A stretch of DNA of 64,000 nucleotides from Bythopirellula sp. (GTDB taxonomy: Bacteria > Planctomycetota > Planctomycetia > Pirellulales > Lacipirellulaceae). Under the pieces are notes generated by a model. It made no database searches, was not told the origin of the DNA, and worked only from the letters and a program-made list of their open reading frames with translations. The DNA is taken from positions 4,544,001 to 4,608,000 of the forward strand of contig OZ244170.1 of NCBI GenBank assembly GCA_965216565.1, written 5' to 3'. Position numbers and translations under genes: made by a program. The stretch's first letter is position 1; each line of letters starts with the position of its first letter. Of this stretch, positions 20,214 to 30,919 are shown in pieces.

Positions 20214-21392
20214 CTAACGCTGAAATACGGGGAGCAATTGGTTGGGGGCACCTAAGGCTAGCACGACTAATGCAGTGGTGTAACAGTTGCCGTACTTAGT
20301 TTCGTTGTCGTTTGTTTCTCTGGGCCAGGAACCATCTCGTTGTTGGTTGCTAATTAGAGTTGCGGCGGTACGTGGAAAGAACTCTTCCCAATGGCGGCCC
20401 CCGAGTTGGTACATCGCTTGGCAGCAATTGAAAACACCGTAATGGTAACGGTCTTTATAGTGGCCGCTCTGAGTGAACTTCTCGATTTGATTGTAACGGT
20501 CGAAGTTGTGCTGCAAAATCCAGTCACCTGCTCTTAAAGCTTCTTCAGAATTGTGATGCCCAGCGTGCGCCAGCGCCAACACTCCTGCCCCAGAAGCACC
20601 GCGACTGCGCCGGTCCTCATTGGAAGCGGTGTAATTGAACGATTGGTATTCGGGCTTGAAGCAACGTCGAATGTATCCCACGGCTTCGTCGATCGGCTCC
20701 TGAGCAACATCGAAACCGGCATTCTTCGCTGATCGCAGAAACATCAAATACCAACCAGTAAGCGACAAATCGGAATCGAACTGACGGTATTTGTGAATAT
20801 ACCTCCAACCACCGCGATCAATATCTCTCCTTTTCGGCCAGTTTTGTATTGTTAGCGATACATCGAGGGCAGTTTCGATGACTTCTTGCAATTCAGCAGC
20901 TCTGCTGGATCCCTGAATGGTATAGACTTCGCTCAGCGACAATGCACCGATGGCATGATTGTACGAAGCTGACACTCCGATATCATGCGGCGAATTCCGT
21001 GTAAGGGTAGCGCCGCCAGGCGCTGCCAAAGCCAGTATCCCACTAGGTTTCTGGCAAGAGAGCACATACTCGACCGCTTTCGATAGCTGTTCGCCATACG
21101 GCCCACTGCCCGGTAGATGACCATGAGCCGCGAACGCCAGTAGCACAAGGCTGGTCACGCCAGGTTGTCCTGTTGCTAAGGTGGGAAACGAGCCGTCGCG
21201 CTGCTGGCGGCTTGCAAGCCACGCTAGGGCCCGATCGACAGTGCTATCCAATCGCTGCCATTCGTCCTCGGAAAGGACGTCCATCCTGGGTTCGGTATCG
21301 CCGAGTGGCGGCAAATCTTGTGCACGCGCAGACTGCCAGACTAATAATACGGCAATCAAGGAGAGTAATAGCTTGAATGTTGTTATGCGCAT
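20214..21392 (-). CDS. Prenyltransferase/squalene-oxidase repeat protein, paralog 1
   Basis: Same motifs (QQRDGSF, GGWRY, SDLSLTGW, QQRDGSW, LLPVFQR). Confidence 0.85.
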   Translation of the reverse strand: MRITTFKLLLSLIAVLLVWQSARAQDLPPLGDTEPRMDVLSEDEWQRLDSTVDRALAWLASRQQRDGSFPTLATGQPGVTSLVLLAFAAHGHLPGSGPYGEQLSKAVEYVLSCQKPSGILALAAPGGATLTRNSPHDIGVSASYNHAIGALSLSEVYTIQGSSRAAELQEVIETALDVSLTIQNWPKRRDIDRGGWRYIHKYRQFDSDLSLTGWYLMFLRSAKNAGFDVAQEPIDEAVGYIRRCFKPEYQSFNYTASNEDRRSRGASGAGVLALAHAGHHNSEEALRAGDWILQHNFDRYNQIEKFTQSGHYKDRYHYGVFNCCQAMYQLGGRHWEEFFPRTAATLISNQQRDGSWPRETNDNETKYGNCYTTALVVLALGAPNQLLPVFQR

Positions 21393-21457
21393 CTAGCTGG
21401 CAAAGCATGAAAGTTGGTTGTGGTTTGCGAAGCGGCGAAGAGTAGTCACTTGCCGAC

Positions 21458-24400
21458 CTACTCGTCCGCATTCCTGTCTCGGCTAATCTGGCGGAAATAC
21501 TGCTCAATTGCACGGCGATATCGTTCCGGAGGTGCTTTGTCGCGGCCTTGGCGGAGGTCGTCGCCCAGTTGCGAGAGGAGCACATTCCAGTCGGAGTGCT
21601 CGCCCGCCAATTTGAGTTCCGACTCGTCAACCAAATTTTCACCATTAGACTCGTTCAACGCACGAGACATAGCATTTCGGTAAGCTCGATCCAGCTGACG
21701 TCGGCGCAAACGTTGCTGCTGACGCATCTGATTCATCAGCTGATTGCTATATTGTCCTGTGATCACGCCGTTATCGCCGGCAGGTTGCAGAAAGTCGGTA
21801 ACGATTCGTAAATTGGAACTTCGCGGGGGAATGCCCAGTAGATCTTGAATGGGTAATTCCTGTTCAAGCTGCGCCAGCAGCTCGTCCAGTGTCGGATCAT
21901 CGAGCAAGCCGGCAATAGGGTCTTGAACGGGAAGCTTGTCTAGTTCCTCGATGGAACGTTTGATCATTGCATCGTATTTCTCAGAAGCCGCTTCCAAAGC
22001 AGCAAGAGCAGCATCCTGACGCTCGGCAGCGCGTGTCATCTTGTTTCGCCTCAAGGCATAGATGGCAGCCTGCTGGTTGGGGGTGGCATTTTCGTCAAAC
22101 TCAGTAAACATCTCACGCGACGCTGCCGCGACTTGCGGTGGCAACTTCCCGTCGACTCGTTGCATGAGACCCACGAGGGTTTGTTCCACATCAGCCAGCT
22201 TAGCGACCAAGGTTTCGGTGTCGCGTGCCACACGGTATTGAGCCACCTCCGCTGCCCGATGATAGTTCCCTTGCCGTTGCTGACGCAATTGGCGGACCCA
22301 ACCGGAAGACTGTTCGACGAGTTTCCGCGTGTCCACGAGTCGATTGGTGGCAAAGCTGGCCATATCGAGTCGATCACTCCGCAGACCAAGTTGTCGAAGT
22401 TGCACTTCCATTTCACTTAACTGGTCGTAGAGCGTCTCGGCATCCATGTCGAGTTGGTCCAAAATTAGCTCTTTGAGTTCCGCGGCGTCAGCCTCATTGT
22501 CGGGTTCTCCTGCATTGGGGTCTGGTTCAGAATCCTTGGAACTAGGCATCTCCACGGCCACATAGCGATCGGAACTCGCGGTGAGTTCTCCAGCTGTTGT
22601 GGCAATCTTTTCTATGAGGTTCGCCACTTCCTCAATTTCTTGATCTTGCGAGGTGCTTTCCAGGGGACTCCAGGTTTGGAATCGATCAAGCAACTCCGCT
22701 GCAGACAGCGAAACGTCTTGGGCACTTTCAACGTGACGCCCAAGTAGAATGCTACTGAGTTGTTCGCGTTGCCCCTCTTCTACCTTAGACCAGGCACTCA
22801 CTTCACGATTCAGCTCGCGTTGCGCTTCAACCAGGTCGTAAAGATCATTGCGAAGGTTATTCCGGCGAGTCTTCTGAGAATCGAGGTAACGCCGCAGCAG
22901 GCGAGGATCTTCGCGCAGGATACGTGCCAGCTCTCTCCGCATGCGATTGCGCATCTCCATCACTTCCTTCAGGCGGTCCAAATAATCCTGGTCGAGATCA
23001 AACTCGACTGCCTTACGAGAATAGCCGCCGTCTCCCTCACCTTGCGGTTGAAGGAGTCCCATGGATTCCTCAATAAAGATGCGATGCATCTTCTTGATCT
23101 CGGCTACCGACTCAGCCATAGCGTATTCGCGTTGCGCACGTTCGAAGCGTTCCGTTAGCATCGTTAGTAGTTCACGAGCGCGGCGAGTGTGTTGCCAACC
23201 GTTGCGGACTGGTTCAGGCTGGTTGGAATCGGACTGGAGTGCCTTCCAAAAATCACGGCGCGCCGGTTCGACATGAGCACGGCTGATATCCAGTAATTGC
23301 AATCCAATGAACGCATACGGCGTGCCATGAGTTTGGTTTTCCAAGTCTTCAATAGCCTGAATGGCGGTCATCACGCGTTTCTCAGCCTGCGAAACATCGC
23401 GATTATGCTTGGCTCGCCAAGATTCGTCTCCATCGAGTTCATCGAGCACGACGCGAGAGAGTTCCTGAGCCTTTCTCAGGTTCTGGTCCAGTTCGTCCAT
23501 CAGCGGTCCGACAACCAGTTCCAGCTTGCGGCGTTGCTGCCCTTCAAAGCTGCCTGCCCATTGATCAACTTTGATGCGCATCTGCTGACTCGAGGCAGAG
23601 CGTGCCGGGGCGATATCGACCGTGCTCTTGGCAAAATTGTCGGGCGGCGGTTGATCGCCAGAATTCTGTGATGACTGTTGTTCCGATTTTGACTGTGAAT
23701 CTTGCGAACCGGGAGAGTTTGTATTCTGATTACTTGCCGTTTGGTTTGCACGGGGCTGGGCCGAGTTGCTCGGCTCTTGTTCGGACGTGCTGCTGGCCAT
23801 TGTCTCGGGCTTTACTGCGGAGTCAGGTTGCAGCGCCTGAGTCTCAGGACTCGCATTGGCAACGTCCTCCTGTGTTTGCCTATCCTTGGCAACGTCGTTC
23901 GTAGAGTTCTCTTTTAAATCACCTTCCGTGCTAATCCGTTGTTCGCCACTGCGCGCCGTCCGGGCAACTTCTGAATCAGATTTCTCAGACGACTCTTCAG
24001 GCTTGTTCGTGCCGGAGGAGTCCGTGGAAGCCAGGGATTCATCAATCGCTCCCGATTGTTGAGTTTCGGCTGGGTCGCTTCGCGGTTCTTCTGGAATGCC
24101 TTGTGGCGGATCGGCGCTGGCAATTGCCGACTCATTCCGCGAATCGCTGCTGTCTTGGGTTGTCTGGGAGTTTGCCAAGGTTGACGTATCAGTTCCCTGT
24201 GCGTCTACAGTGCTTGGCTCAGCTTCAGAGTCTGTGTTCGTTCTCGAATCATTTGGCTTGCTTGATGGAGTCAGGTTCGAGGCCACTCGGGTCATTGATT
24301 CATCGCTAGCAACCACTGTAGCGCTGGGGCTTGCTTGCCCACGGTCTTCGCGGACACGGACTACGTAACTGAGTTGCGCTCCGTCGGGTAGTTCGAACTC

Positions 24401-25828
24401 TTGGAGGTCGAGCCTTACGGTTGCCTTGATATTCTTCTCTCCCTGCTGTTCGCCCAGATCTACGGCGATTATCTTCAAGGCTTTGGGCTTCGAGCGACCA
24501 CCTGTGCTTTCATCGAGCACAATGAGTTCCGCTTGGCTGATGCCAACGTCATCTTTGGCAACGAAAGTCACTTCCAGAGCATCGTCGGGACGCACTGCCA
24601 TTTCGTTTTTTGGAGTAAGAACTTTCACGACCGGCGGTCGATCGGGTTGGCACACAACTCGGCACTTCGGCGGCTTGCGGTTCGTCAAGCCGTGTGCTTC
24701 GGTTAGCAAAGGTGAGAATGAAAACGAGGCATTCACTTCTTGGTGCCATCGGTACCAGCCATCTTCATCTAGGCTTAGCTTTATCTTGCCTTCGCTTCCT
24801 AGGAGCAACTGGGCCGTTTTCACCTCGAATTCAGGCTTAATTGCTATCTCTACTGTGCTGCCTTCGAGCACTGTTAAGCGACGAGGCAGGCGCACCAGTT
24901 GCTTGCGATCCTGACGTGTGTACGCCGGTGGCGTGACAGTTAATTGGGTGGCGGCGATCCTAGGACGATCAGCAACAGCAACTTCATACCATGGGGTCTG
25001 TCCGTCACCCGCCCGGAAACGGTACCTTAGCGGCGATTTGACTGTTCGAATGCGGTGCGTAATCCGTGTTTGATCCTCAACTCCGTGAGGGACCAGCGTC
25101 AACTGTTTGGCCTCCCCTTCGGTTGGTTCTAACATGAGCAGGGCACTCTTCACTGCTAGGCCGTCTAGCTGAGCAACTAGATCGAGAGATTCTCCGCGAC
25201 CAATGACAGCACCCTCGGGCTGATGATTGATTTCTGTGGCAGAGATATACGCCTGCGGTGCCCAAAACCGACGCATCAGTACGGTCGTTTGTCTTGGACT
25301 AATTAGCACAGCGATGACCAAAATCGCCGTAACTGCCGAAAGGCAAATGAGCGCGCGAACGATGCCGTCGTATCGCACGACTTGTTCGGAATCGACGCGA
25401 CCACTCCAGCGATTGGCCTCCGATGCTACTTGTCGATACATCGCGGGATGTACGTCGCGAGAGGCAGCGGGAGAAGATGAGACACTAGTGACCGTGGTCC
25501 AGCGCTCTTCTAAATCGGGGAAAGACTGTTCCACAACTTGTGCGGACCGCTGCAACCGACGCGTATATCGCCACCCAACAAGAATCCACGCCACCAATGT
25601 TGCTCCAGCCGCAACGAGAGCCGACATGGTCAGCACACTTCGCCAGCCGGAATCGTACAGCACAGCTAGATAATCGACCAACATGGCTAACCCCATGGCG
25701 GCGAGTAGCACCACCACACTTGCGACAACTGCTGTGATCAATCGAACTTTGAAGGAGCGCTTGCGAACTGACTGCAGTTTTTCGGCAATCGTATTTGGCA
25801 ATGACAGGCGATGGGAAAGTTGAGTCAT
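21458..25828 (-). CDS. Large membrane-anchored coiled-coil protein of the MoxR operon (DUF4175-like)
   Basis: Three N-terminal TM segments, beta-rich region (YRFRAGD, PPAYT, DDVGI), low-complexity S/Q/E linker, coiled coils, C-terminal PERYRRAIEQYFR. Start probably ATG 25828. Confidence 0.75.
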   Translation of the reverse strand: MTQLSHRLSLPNTIAEKLQSVRKRSFKVRLITAVVASVVVLLAAMGLAMLVDYLAVLYDSGWRSVLTMSALVAAGATLVAWILVGWRYTRRLQRSAQVVEQSFPDLEERWTTVTSVSSSPAASRDVHPAMYRQVASEANRWSGRVDSEQVVRYDGIVRALICLSAVTAILVIAVLISPRQTTVLMRRFWAPQAYISATEINHQPEGAVIGRGESLDLVAQLDGLAVKSALLMLEPTEGEAKQLTLVPHGVEDQTRITHRIRTVKSPLRYRFRAGDGQTPWYEVAVADRPRIAATQLTVTPPAYTRQDRKQLVRLPRRLTVLEGSTVEIAIKPEFEVKTAQLLLGSEGKIKLSLDEDGWYRWHQEVNASFSFSPLLTEAHGLTNRKPPKCRVVCQPDRPPVVKVLTPKNEMAVRPDDALEVTFVAKDDVGISQAELIVLDESTGGRSKPKALKIIAVDLGEQQGEKNIKATVRLDLQEFELPDGAQLSYVVRVREDRGQASPSATVVASDESMTRVASNLTPSSKPNDSRTNTDSEAEPSTVDAQGTDTSTLANSQTTQDSSDSRNESAIASADPPQGIPEEPRSDPAETQQSGAIDESLASTDSSGTNKPEESSEKSDSEVARTARSGEQRISTEGDLKENSTNDVAKDRQTQEDVANASPETQALQPDSAVKPETMASSTSEQEPSNSAQPRANQTASNQNTNSPGSQDSQSKSEQQSSQNSGDQPPPDNFAKSTVDIAPARSASSQQMRIKVDQWAGSFEGQQRRKLELVVGPLMDELDQNLRKAQELSRVVLDELDGDESWRAKHNRDVSQAEKRVMTAIQAIEDLENQTHGTPYAFIGLQLLDISRAHVEPARRDFWKALQSDSNQPEPVRNGWQHTRRARELLTMLTERFERAQREYAMAESVAEIKKMHRIFIEESMGLLQPQGEGDGGYSRKAVEFDLDQDYLDRLKEVMEMRNRMRRELARILREDPRLLRRYLDSQKTRRNNLRNDLYDLVEAQRELNREVSAWSKVEEGQREQLSSILLGRHVESAQDVSLSAAELLDRFQTWSPLESTSQDQEIEEVANLIEKIATTAGELTASSDRYVAVEMPSSKDSEPDPNAGEPDNEADAAELKELILDQLDMDAETLYDQLSEMEVQLRQLGLRSDRLDMASFATNRLVDTRKLVEQSSGWVRQLRQQRQGNYHRAAEVAQYRVARDTETLVAKLADVEQTLVGLMQRVDGKLPPQVAAASREMFTEFDENATPNQQAAIYALRRNKMTRAAERQDAALAALEAASEKYDAMIKRSIEELDKLPVQDPIAGLLDDPTLDELLAQLEQELPIQDLLGIPPRSSNLRIVTDFLQPAGDNGVITGQYSNQLMNQMRQQQRLRRRQLDRAYRNAMSRALNESNGENLVDESELKLAGEHSDWNVLLSQLGDDLRQGRDKAPPERYRRAIEQYFRQISRDRNADE

Positions 25829-25830
25829 GG

Positions 25831-28677
25831 TTACACGAGTCCTTTTTGCTTGCGAACGATCCATTCGACTGCCAGACAGCCAAAGACAATCCACAAATTG
25901 GCCCAGCGGTTCCACAGAGGTTTGCGGCGTACGGTTTCGGTCACTTCGGGGGTGAGCGACGCGAGTTCGATCACCTCCGACATTGCAGTGGGTGGCAGGA
26001 CTTGCCCCCCCGTGATTTTGGCAACTTGTTCGAGAAGCGTGAGGTTAGCACTTGTGTCGAGCATCTCGATATTATCGTTCCCCTCGACCGTGACTAAGGT
26101 GCGAATTTGCCCAGGGATGTCCCCGGCGGACGACAATGAATTAATTACGTCCCCTTCCAGCACGATTTCGTACGTGCCGGGCATCAGATCGGCCAGTTTG
26201 GCGAAATACCGTCCGGCGACTTCCTCGTCACCCTGCATTTCGACGGAGTCAACCGGTCCATCTAGGGTTTTGGCAACCGCCTCGATCGATTGATCTGAAA
26301 GTGGTCGTCCCGACTGATCTTTGAGCCATACAGTCACTTCTATCGGCTCGTTAACCTGATATCGATTACGGTTCGTGCTGAGGCGAATTGTGTCTGAACC
26401 AGCAGCCGACTCGGCCGCGGTAATCCAACGGAGCATTTGCCCCCAGAATCGATGATGGCGACGATCGCCCCGGCGAAATCTCAATAGGTAAGTCTGAGGC
26501 GATGACAAGTACACCACTCGGCCAGCCCCAACCTGTTGCCAGCAAAGGAAAGAGGGTCGACCTGCCAGGCTCTCGCGGAAGTTCTTATTGTCGAATTCGT
26601 CAATCGGAACCGCATGGAGAAGGGTGCGCGTGGTTTCCTTAGGCTTTGAATAGATGGAGAGTTCGTACAGGGGTTGACGCAAATAGGTGTTCTCCCAAGC
26701 AAGCTGGCTAGTTTGCGCATCAGTATCAATTGCCATGGCACTGTGAAGTCTGCCTTCGTCTGTAAACGCGATGCCATGAGGTTCGGCCAATTGGGCGTCT
26801 TCCAATCGATCGACTGGCAACACATCCATCAGTGGCCGGTCGACATACTCATGCGGCATGTGATCTCGACCGGCAATCAAGATTAAGTGGCCACTTTGTC
26901 GACGAACATATTCGACGAGGGCCTCCTGGCTCTTATTGCTAAAATGTTTGGGGCCGACATCGCCCATAATTACGACGTCATATACGGACCAATCATCGGC
27001 CGTTTCTGGCAAACGGAGTCGGCGGGCGATATCGCCGGAGCCTCGTACGCGGGGATAAAACAATAGTTCGTCGAATTCAATGTGGCGATCGCGGCGGAAA
27101 AGTTGCTGCAAATAGCGATACTCCCATTGCGAAATCCCATCGACCAGCAAAACGCGGATCCTGTCCCGGACGACTTCAATTGAAATGGGAACTACGTTGT
27201 TGGCCGAGTTTGCCTCTTCGTCGACCAGTTCTACGTCGATCTCGTAATCTTGCAAACCGAGTTCGTCGCAGGCTATTTCAAACTGTACTCGACGATCGAT
27301 GCGAGGCCCGTGAAAAGCCAAGAGCTTTCGTTCCTGCTCGATGCCATCGTGGCGAAGCACAATTTCGGTGGAGAGCCCATCGCAATTTGTGGCGGTCACG
27401 ATGGTTTCGATCGTGGCCGTATCGCCTTTGATTACTGAGGACGGGGCCTCGACCCGATGTAGCCGCACGTCACGCACCATCTCGGTGCTTCCCACGGGCA
27501 CAATGAAAACAGGTAGGTTAATTAAGTTAGCGGCAGCTTCTTGAGGAGCCTGCGATTTGAGCGCGTTGTGGTGTCCATCAGAAAGCACGAGTGCCAATCG
27601 CGTGTTGGTGCTGCTGGTTTCTGATGCGAGTTGTTCCAGAACTTTCGTGATATCGGTCGAGGGCATGCTGCCGCTATCTGACGGAGCCGAACTGAGTTCT
27701 GCGGCAGCATCACTCTCCCAGGAGACACTTTCCAAAGCTGTCTTCCAAGGAATCGATTCCCCCACGGGCGCTAGCTTGTCGTCGAACAAGAAACGCCTGA
27801 TCCGAACTTCCTCGTCCATTTTGGCGAGAAGAGATTCTTCCAAGGAGTCGAGCGCGGTTGCGGTTTTCTCCCGACGCGAGAGATTAGCCTCTGCCAGTGA
27901 TACGGCGGTTTGCTCTGCGGCGATGGTCCCGGCGATGTCGCGAGACAGATTGTGAAGACGACGCTCCGCAGCGGAGATTCCCGCAATCAAGTTCTCTAGA
28001 TGAATCGTGAGTTCGCCCGCCGAAGTCGTGTGGCGATCTTCCAGTAACTGCTGAAGCTTATCCAGTGACTCGGCAACCGGTCCGGCTAGCAAGTCATCGG
28101 CACGGCTTGCGCGTTGGCCCAAGCCCTCGTAGTCGTCTAGCGAGGCGGCTAGTCGATCGCAATAGTCGGTGGCGCGACTGACGGCAGTGGCAATATCTTC
28201 TACCAAGAGTCGAAGTTGTTCCAAGGGCCGGTGCTCGGCAATCTGCCTCTCTGCAGCAAGGCAGGAAGCGTGGCCGGAATGCAAAGCCACAGCAGCACGA
28301 TCTGATAAAGAAACCGGAGAATCCGAATTCGCGGAATCAGTCGACAGTGACCAGCGCAGCGTATCAGTCGGCTCTGCTGGGTCGACGGTGATCATGCTAT
28401 TGCTGCCATCAGCCAAGATGGCAATGGATTGGGGCTTGGTTCTTCTCTCCTTCTGCTCCTGCATCGGACCGACCAACATCCAAAGTGCAATGGCCAATGC
28501 AGTGACTCGGAGCATCCAGAACAAAGCTGCCCAGAAAAGTCCAAGCGTTCTCCGTTCTCGCCACATGAGCCAAGCCGCTACCAACGCCATCGCCACGGCC
28601 AGCAGAGCAGCAGCTGTGATACCGATCGAGCCATCGAAAACGATACGCTCCAGCACTAGTTTTTCGTCAGTGGGCAT
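25831..28677 (-). CDS. VWA / glutamine-amidotransferase-like membrane protein
   Basis: N-terminal TMs, DGSNSM MIDAS, LSDGHHN, WEYRYL, GAGRV, HHRFWGQMLRW, C-terminal EWIVRK. Confidence 0.8.
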   Translation of the reverse strand: MPTDEKLVLERIVFDGSIGITAAALLAVAMALVAAWLMWRERRTLGLFWAALFWMLRVTALAIALWMLVGPMQEQKERRTKPQSIAILADGSNSMITVDPAEPTDTLRWSLSTDSANSDSPVSLSDRAAVALHSGHASCLAAERQIAEHRPLEQLRLLVEDIATAVSRATDYCDRLAASLDDYEGLGQRASRADDLLAGPVAESLDKLQQLLEDRHTTSAGELTIHLENLIAGISAAERRLHNLSRDIAGTIAAEQTAVSLAEANLSRREKTATALDSLEESLLAKMDEEVRIRRFLFDDKLAPVGESIPWKTALESVSWESDAAAELSSAPSDSGSMPSTDITKVLEQLASETSSTNTRLALVLSDGHHNALKSQAPQEAAANLINLPVFIVPVGSTEMVRDVRLHRVEAPSSVIKGDTATIETIVTATNCDGLSTEIVLRHDGIEQERKLLAFHGPRIDRRVQFEIACDELGLQDYEIDVELVDEEANSANNVVPISIEVVRDRIRVLLVDGISQWEYRYLQQLFRRDRHIEFDELLFYPRVRGSGDIARRLRLPETADDWSVYDVVIMGDVGPKHFSNKSQEALVEYVRRQSGHLILIAGRDHMPHEYVDRPLMDVLPVDRLEDAQLAEPHGIAFTDEGRLHSAMAIDTDAQTSQLAWENTYLRQPLYELSIYSKPKETTRTLLHAVPIDEFDNKNFRESLAGRPSFLCWQQVGAGRVVYLSSPQTYLLRFRRGDRRHHRFWGQMLRWITAAESAAGSDTIRLSTNRNRYQVNEPIEVTVWLKDQSGRPLSDQSIEAVAKTLDGPVDSVEMQGDEEVAGRYFAKLADLMPGTYEIVLEGDVINSLSSAGDIPGQIRTLVTVEGNDNIEMLDTSANLTLLEQVAKITGGQVLPPTAMSEVIELASLTPEVTETVRRKPLWNRWANLWIVFGCLAVEWIVRKQKGLV

Positions 28678-28702
28678 GGCAATGGGGTCTAATGACAATT
28701 CC

Positions 28703-30913
28703 TTAGTTGGTAGAGACAGCGACACCGCTGCGCTGCTGAGCCAGTAGGTGCGACAGCACTAACTCGCCACCGAATAGCACAACGAGTGCTCCCAGCAGCA
28801 TCCCCCAGATGGGTTCTTGCCGGGGTAACGATTGGACGTTGGTTGCCGCCTCGGATTCGGTCCCGTCGAAACTTACACCGGACAGTGTCGCGAGCTTTTC
28901 ACGTTGCTTGGGATCGATTGGTTTATAGCGAGATTCCTCTGCTTCGCGGGCGACATGAAATGGCATACTGGCCACGATCTTGTCGCCGAAAGTGAACACG
29001 GCCTGATACATACCCGGTGTTTGGGTTTGCGAATAGCGAGCCACGGGTCGGCCTTCGACTTCTTGCACAACGAGAGGCACGACTTCGCCATTAGGTCGAT
29101 GCAAGCTAGCCTCTGCGGCACCACCATCAACCACTGGCGAGGCAACAATTGCTGTGCCGGGCGTTAGATTGTAGCGGGCTGTCGAGGGAGCAGTGAGATA
29201 ATCGAGCCAATCTTGCACCATCACCGGAAAGGATTTTAATTGCGGAAGATTACTTTGACCTAAGCCAATAGGAAAAGTCTGCAGCAATGCCCTGCCCTGC
29301 CCTAAGTATTTTTCGACCACCAAGGGTGTTCCATCGCCTGCTTCTAAGACGATGGAAACGTTTGTCGCGGATTCGCCTGACTGGGCAAACTGCCAATACT
29401 CGTAAACCCGAGCTTGATCGATGTCTAGCTGAGTAGTGTTGGCCAGCGTGGTTGTGGCCGGATGGTCTTGCGACGGGGGATGAATCATGCTCGCCGCATC
29501 GTCATCCTGCCCGCCGGTCCGCAGATCTTGGAGCATGAGTGGACTTGTGCCCTGTCCGTCGTCGTACCAGTTGCTATTGAATTCTGCGATTTCTATTCGG
29601 TCTCCCAAAGCCATCCAAAGCCCGCCACCTTGCTTGACAAAGTCCAGCAACCGCTCGCGCACTTGGCCATTGATGTCGCCCAAATTGGTGATGATCACGG
29701 CGCGATAGTCGGCCAAGCTGATCTCAGACAGTTCCTGAGAATTTGCGAGATCGGGTTGATAGACCGAATGCCATTTGAGCGCTTCCTCGCCTCGGTAGCC
29801 GAGCGAAGCGGTAAGCAGTCTGTCCGCAGAATTTTTGGAGAAGTCTCGTTCGTCATCGTGAACGATCAAGATTGGAATGCGGTCGGAAATCTCGACGACA
29901 ACGGTGCCTGTTTGATCGAGAGGAATCTGGTCGTCCGTGTCGATGAGGCAGGAGATCGCGATTTGACCCGCCTCTTTCACTGGTAGAGTAATTGCAACGC
30001 TTGTCGACTGGCCGGCATCCAAGGCTTTGAGTGGTGATGTGTCCACCACTTCATTGTCGAACAGCCATTCGATTGTGGACTCGCCGGATTCCGTCTGTCC
30101 AACGTTTGCTATCCGGGCAGTGAACGAAATCGACTCGCCAGGTCGGGCATGAAGTCTTGAGGCCTCCAAGCCCATCACTGCGAGGTTGTTCAGCACAGCA
30201 TCTTTTGGCTCGCAGTCGATGATTTCGATGGTGGTAGGAAGTTCCAGTTCTTCTCGAGTAGTTTCGAGCCGACTCCATGCCTTGGCGGATTCCAGATGCC
30301 AGCTCTGTTGTTGGTTGTCAGTGAATAGGACAACCCGTCGAGATGCGGGATTGTCGGTTGGCTGCAGATTGATGGCTGTTTGTAGGCTAGCCAACAAATC
30401 GGCACTGCCTTCGGTAGGCTCTACCTGATCAAGCAAAGTGCCCAACTGCTGCTTGCCACTGCCATCCGCGGCGATGGCCTCGAGCGTTAACCATTGAGGT
30501 CCACTGGCGAGCATTATCTGCACACGATCGCCACCATCGAGTTCGGCTAGAAGTTCCTCCACTTGCTCTTTCATTTTTTCGCTAGCCGATTGGTCTTCGA
30601 CTTCGCGGGACATCGAGAGCGAGTTGTCCACAATTAGCACGATCTCGCGGTTCTCAGAACTGCCGAATAGTGAACTGCGGAGCATCGGCTGGGCGAGCGC
30701 CAGAACTAGAGCCAGTACAGTAGCAACGCGCAACAGCATAAGTAGTAACTCTTCCAAGCGTTCCATGCGGCGACCTTTGGTAACCGCTTCGGCTAGGAAT
30801 TGCATGGCACCCCATGAGATCGTGTCGCGTTGGCGACCTCGATACAGGTGAATCGCAATCGGCAGAGCAACCAACGGCAAGGCAAACAGAAATGCGGCAC
30901 TAAGAAACGACAT
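28703..30913 (-). CDS. BatA-domain / VWA protein
   Basis: MSFLS..FLFAL..LPIAIHL..WGAMQFL..LLMLLR..LAQP BatA N-terminus; DNSLSM MIDAS. Confidence 0.88.
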   Translation of the reverse strand: MSFLSAAFLFALPLVALPIAIHLYRGRQRDTISWGAMQFLAEAVTKGRRMERLEELLLMLLRVATVLALVLALAQPMLRSSLFGSSENREIVLIVDNSLSMSREVEDQSASEKMKEQVEELLAELDGGDRVQIMLASGPQWLTLEAIAADGSGKQQLGTLLDQVEPTEGSADLLASLQTAINLQPTDNPASRRVVLFTDNQQQSWHLESAKAWSRLETTREELELPTTIEIIDCEPKDAVLNNLAVMGLEASRLHARPGESISFTARIANVGQTESGESTIEWLFDNEVVDTSPLKALDAGQSTSVAITLPVKEAGQIAISCLIDTDDQIPLDQTGTVVVEISDRIPILIVHDDERDFSKNSADRLLTASLGYRGEEALKWHSVYQPDLANSQELSEISLADYRAVIITNLGDINGQVRERLLDFVKQGGGLWMALGDRIEIAEFNSNWYDDGQGTSPLMLQDLRTGGQDDDAASMIHPPSQDHPATTTLANTTQLDIDQARVYEYWQFAQSGESATNVSIVLEAGDGTPLVVEKYLGQGRALLQTFPIGLGQSNLPQLKSFPVMVQDWLDYLTAPSTARYNLTPGTAIVASPVVDGGAAEASLHRPNGEVVPLVVQEVEGRPVARYSQTQTPGMYQAVFTFGDKIVASMPFHVAREAEESRYKPIDPKQREKLATLSGVSFDGTESEAATNVQSLPRQEPIWGMLLGALVVLFGGELVLSHLLAQQRSGVAVSTN

Positions 30914-30919
30914 GGAGGA

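Noticed and set aside
17814..21392. Squalene-hopene cyclase / terpene biosynthetic cluster
   Set aside because: The proteins are single-domain, carry signal peptides, lack DxDD, and sit in a MoxR/VWA context rather than with hpn genes.
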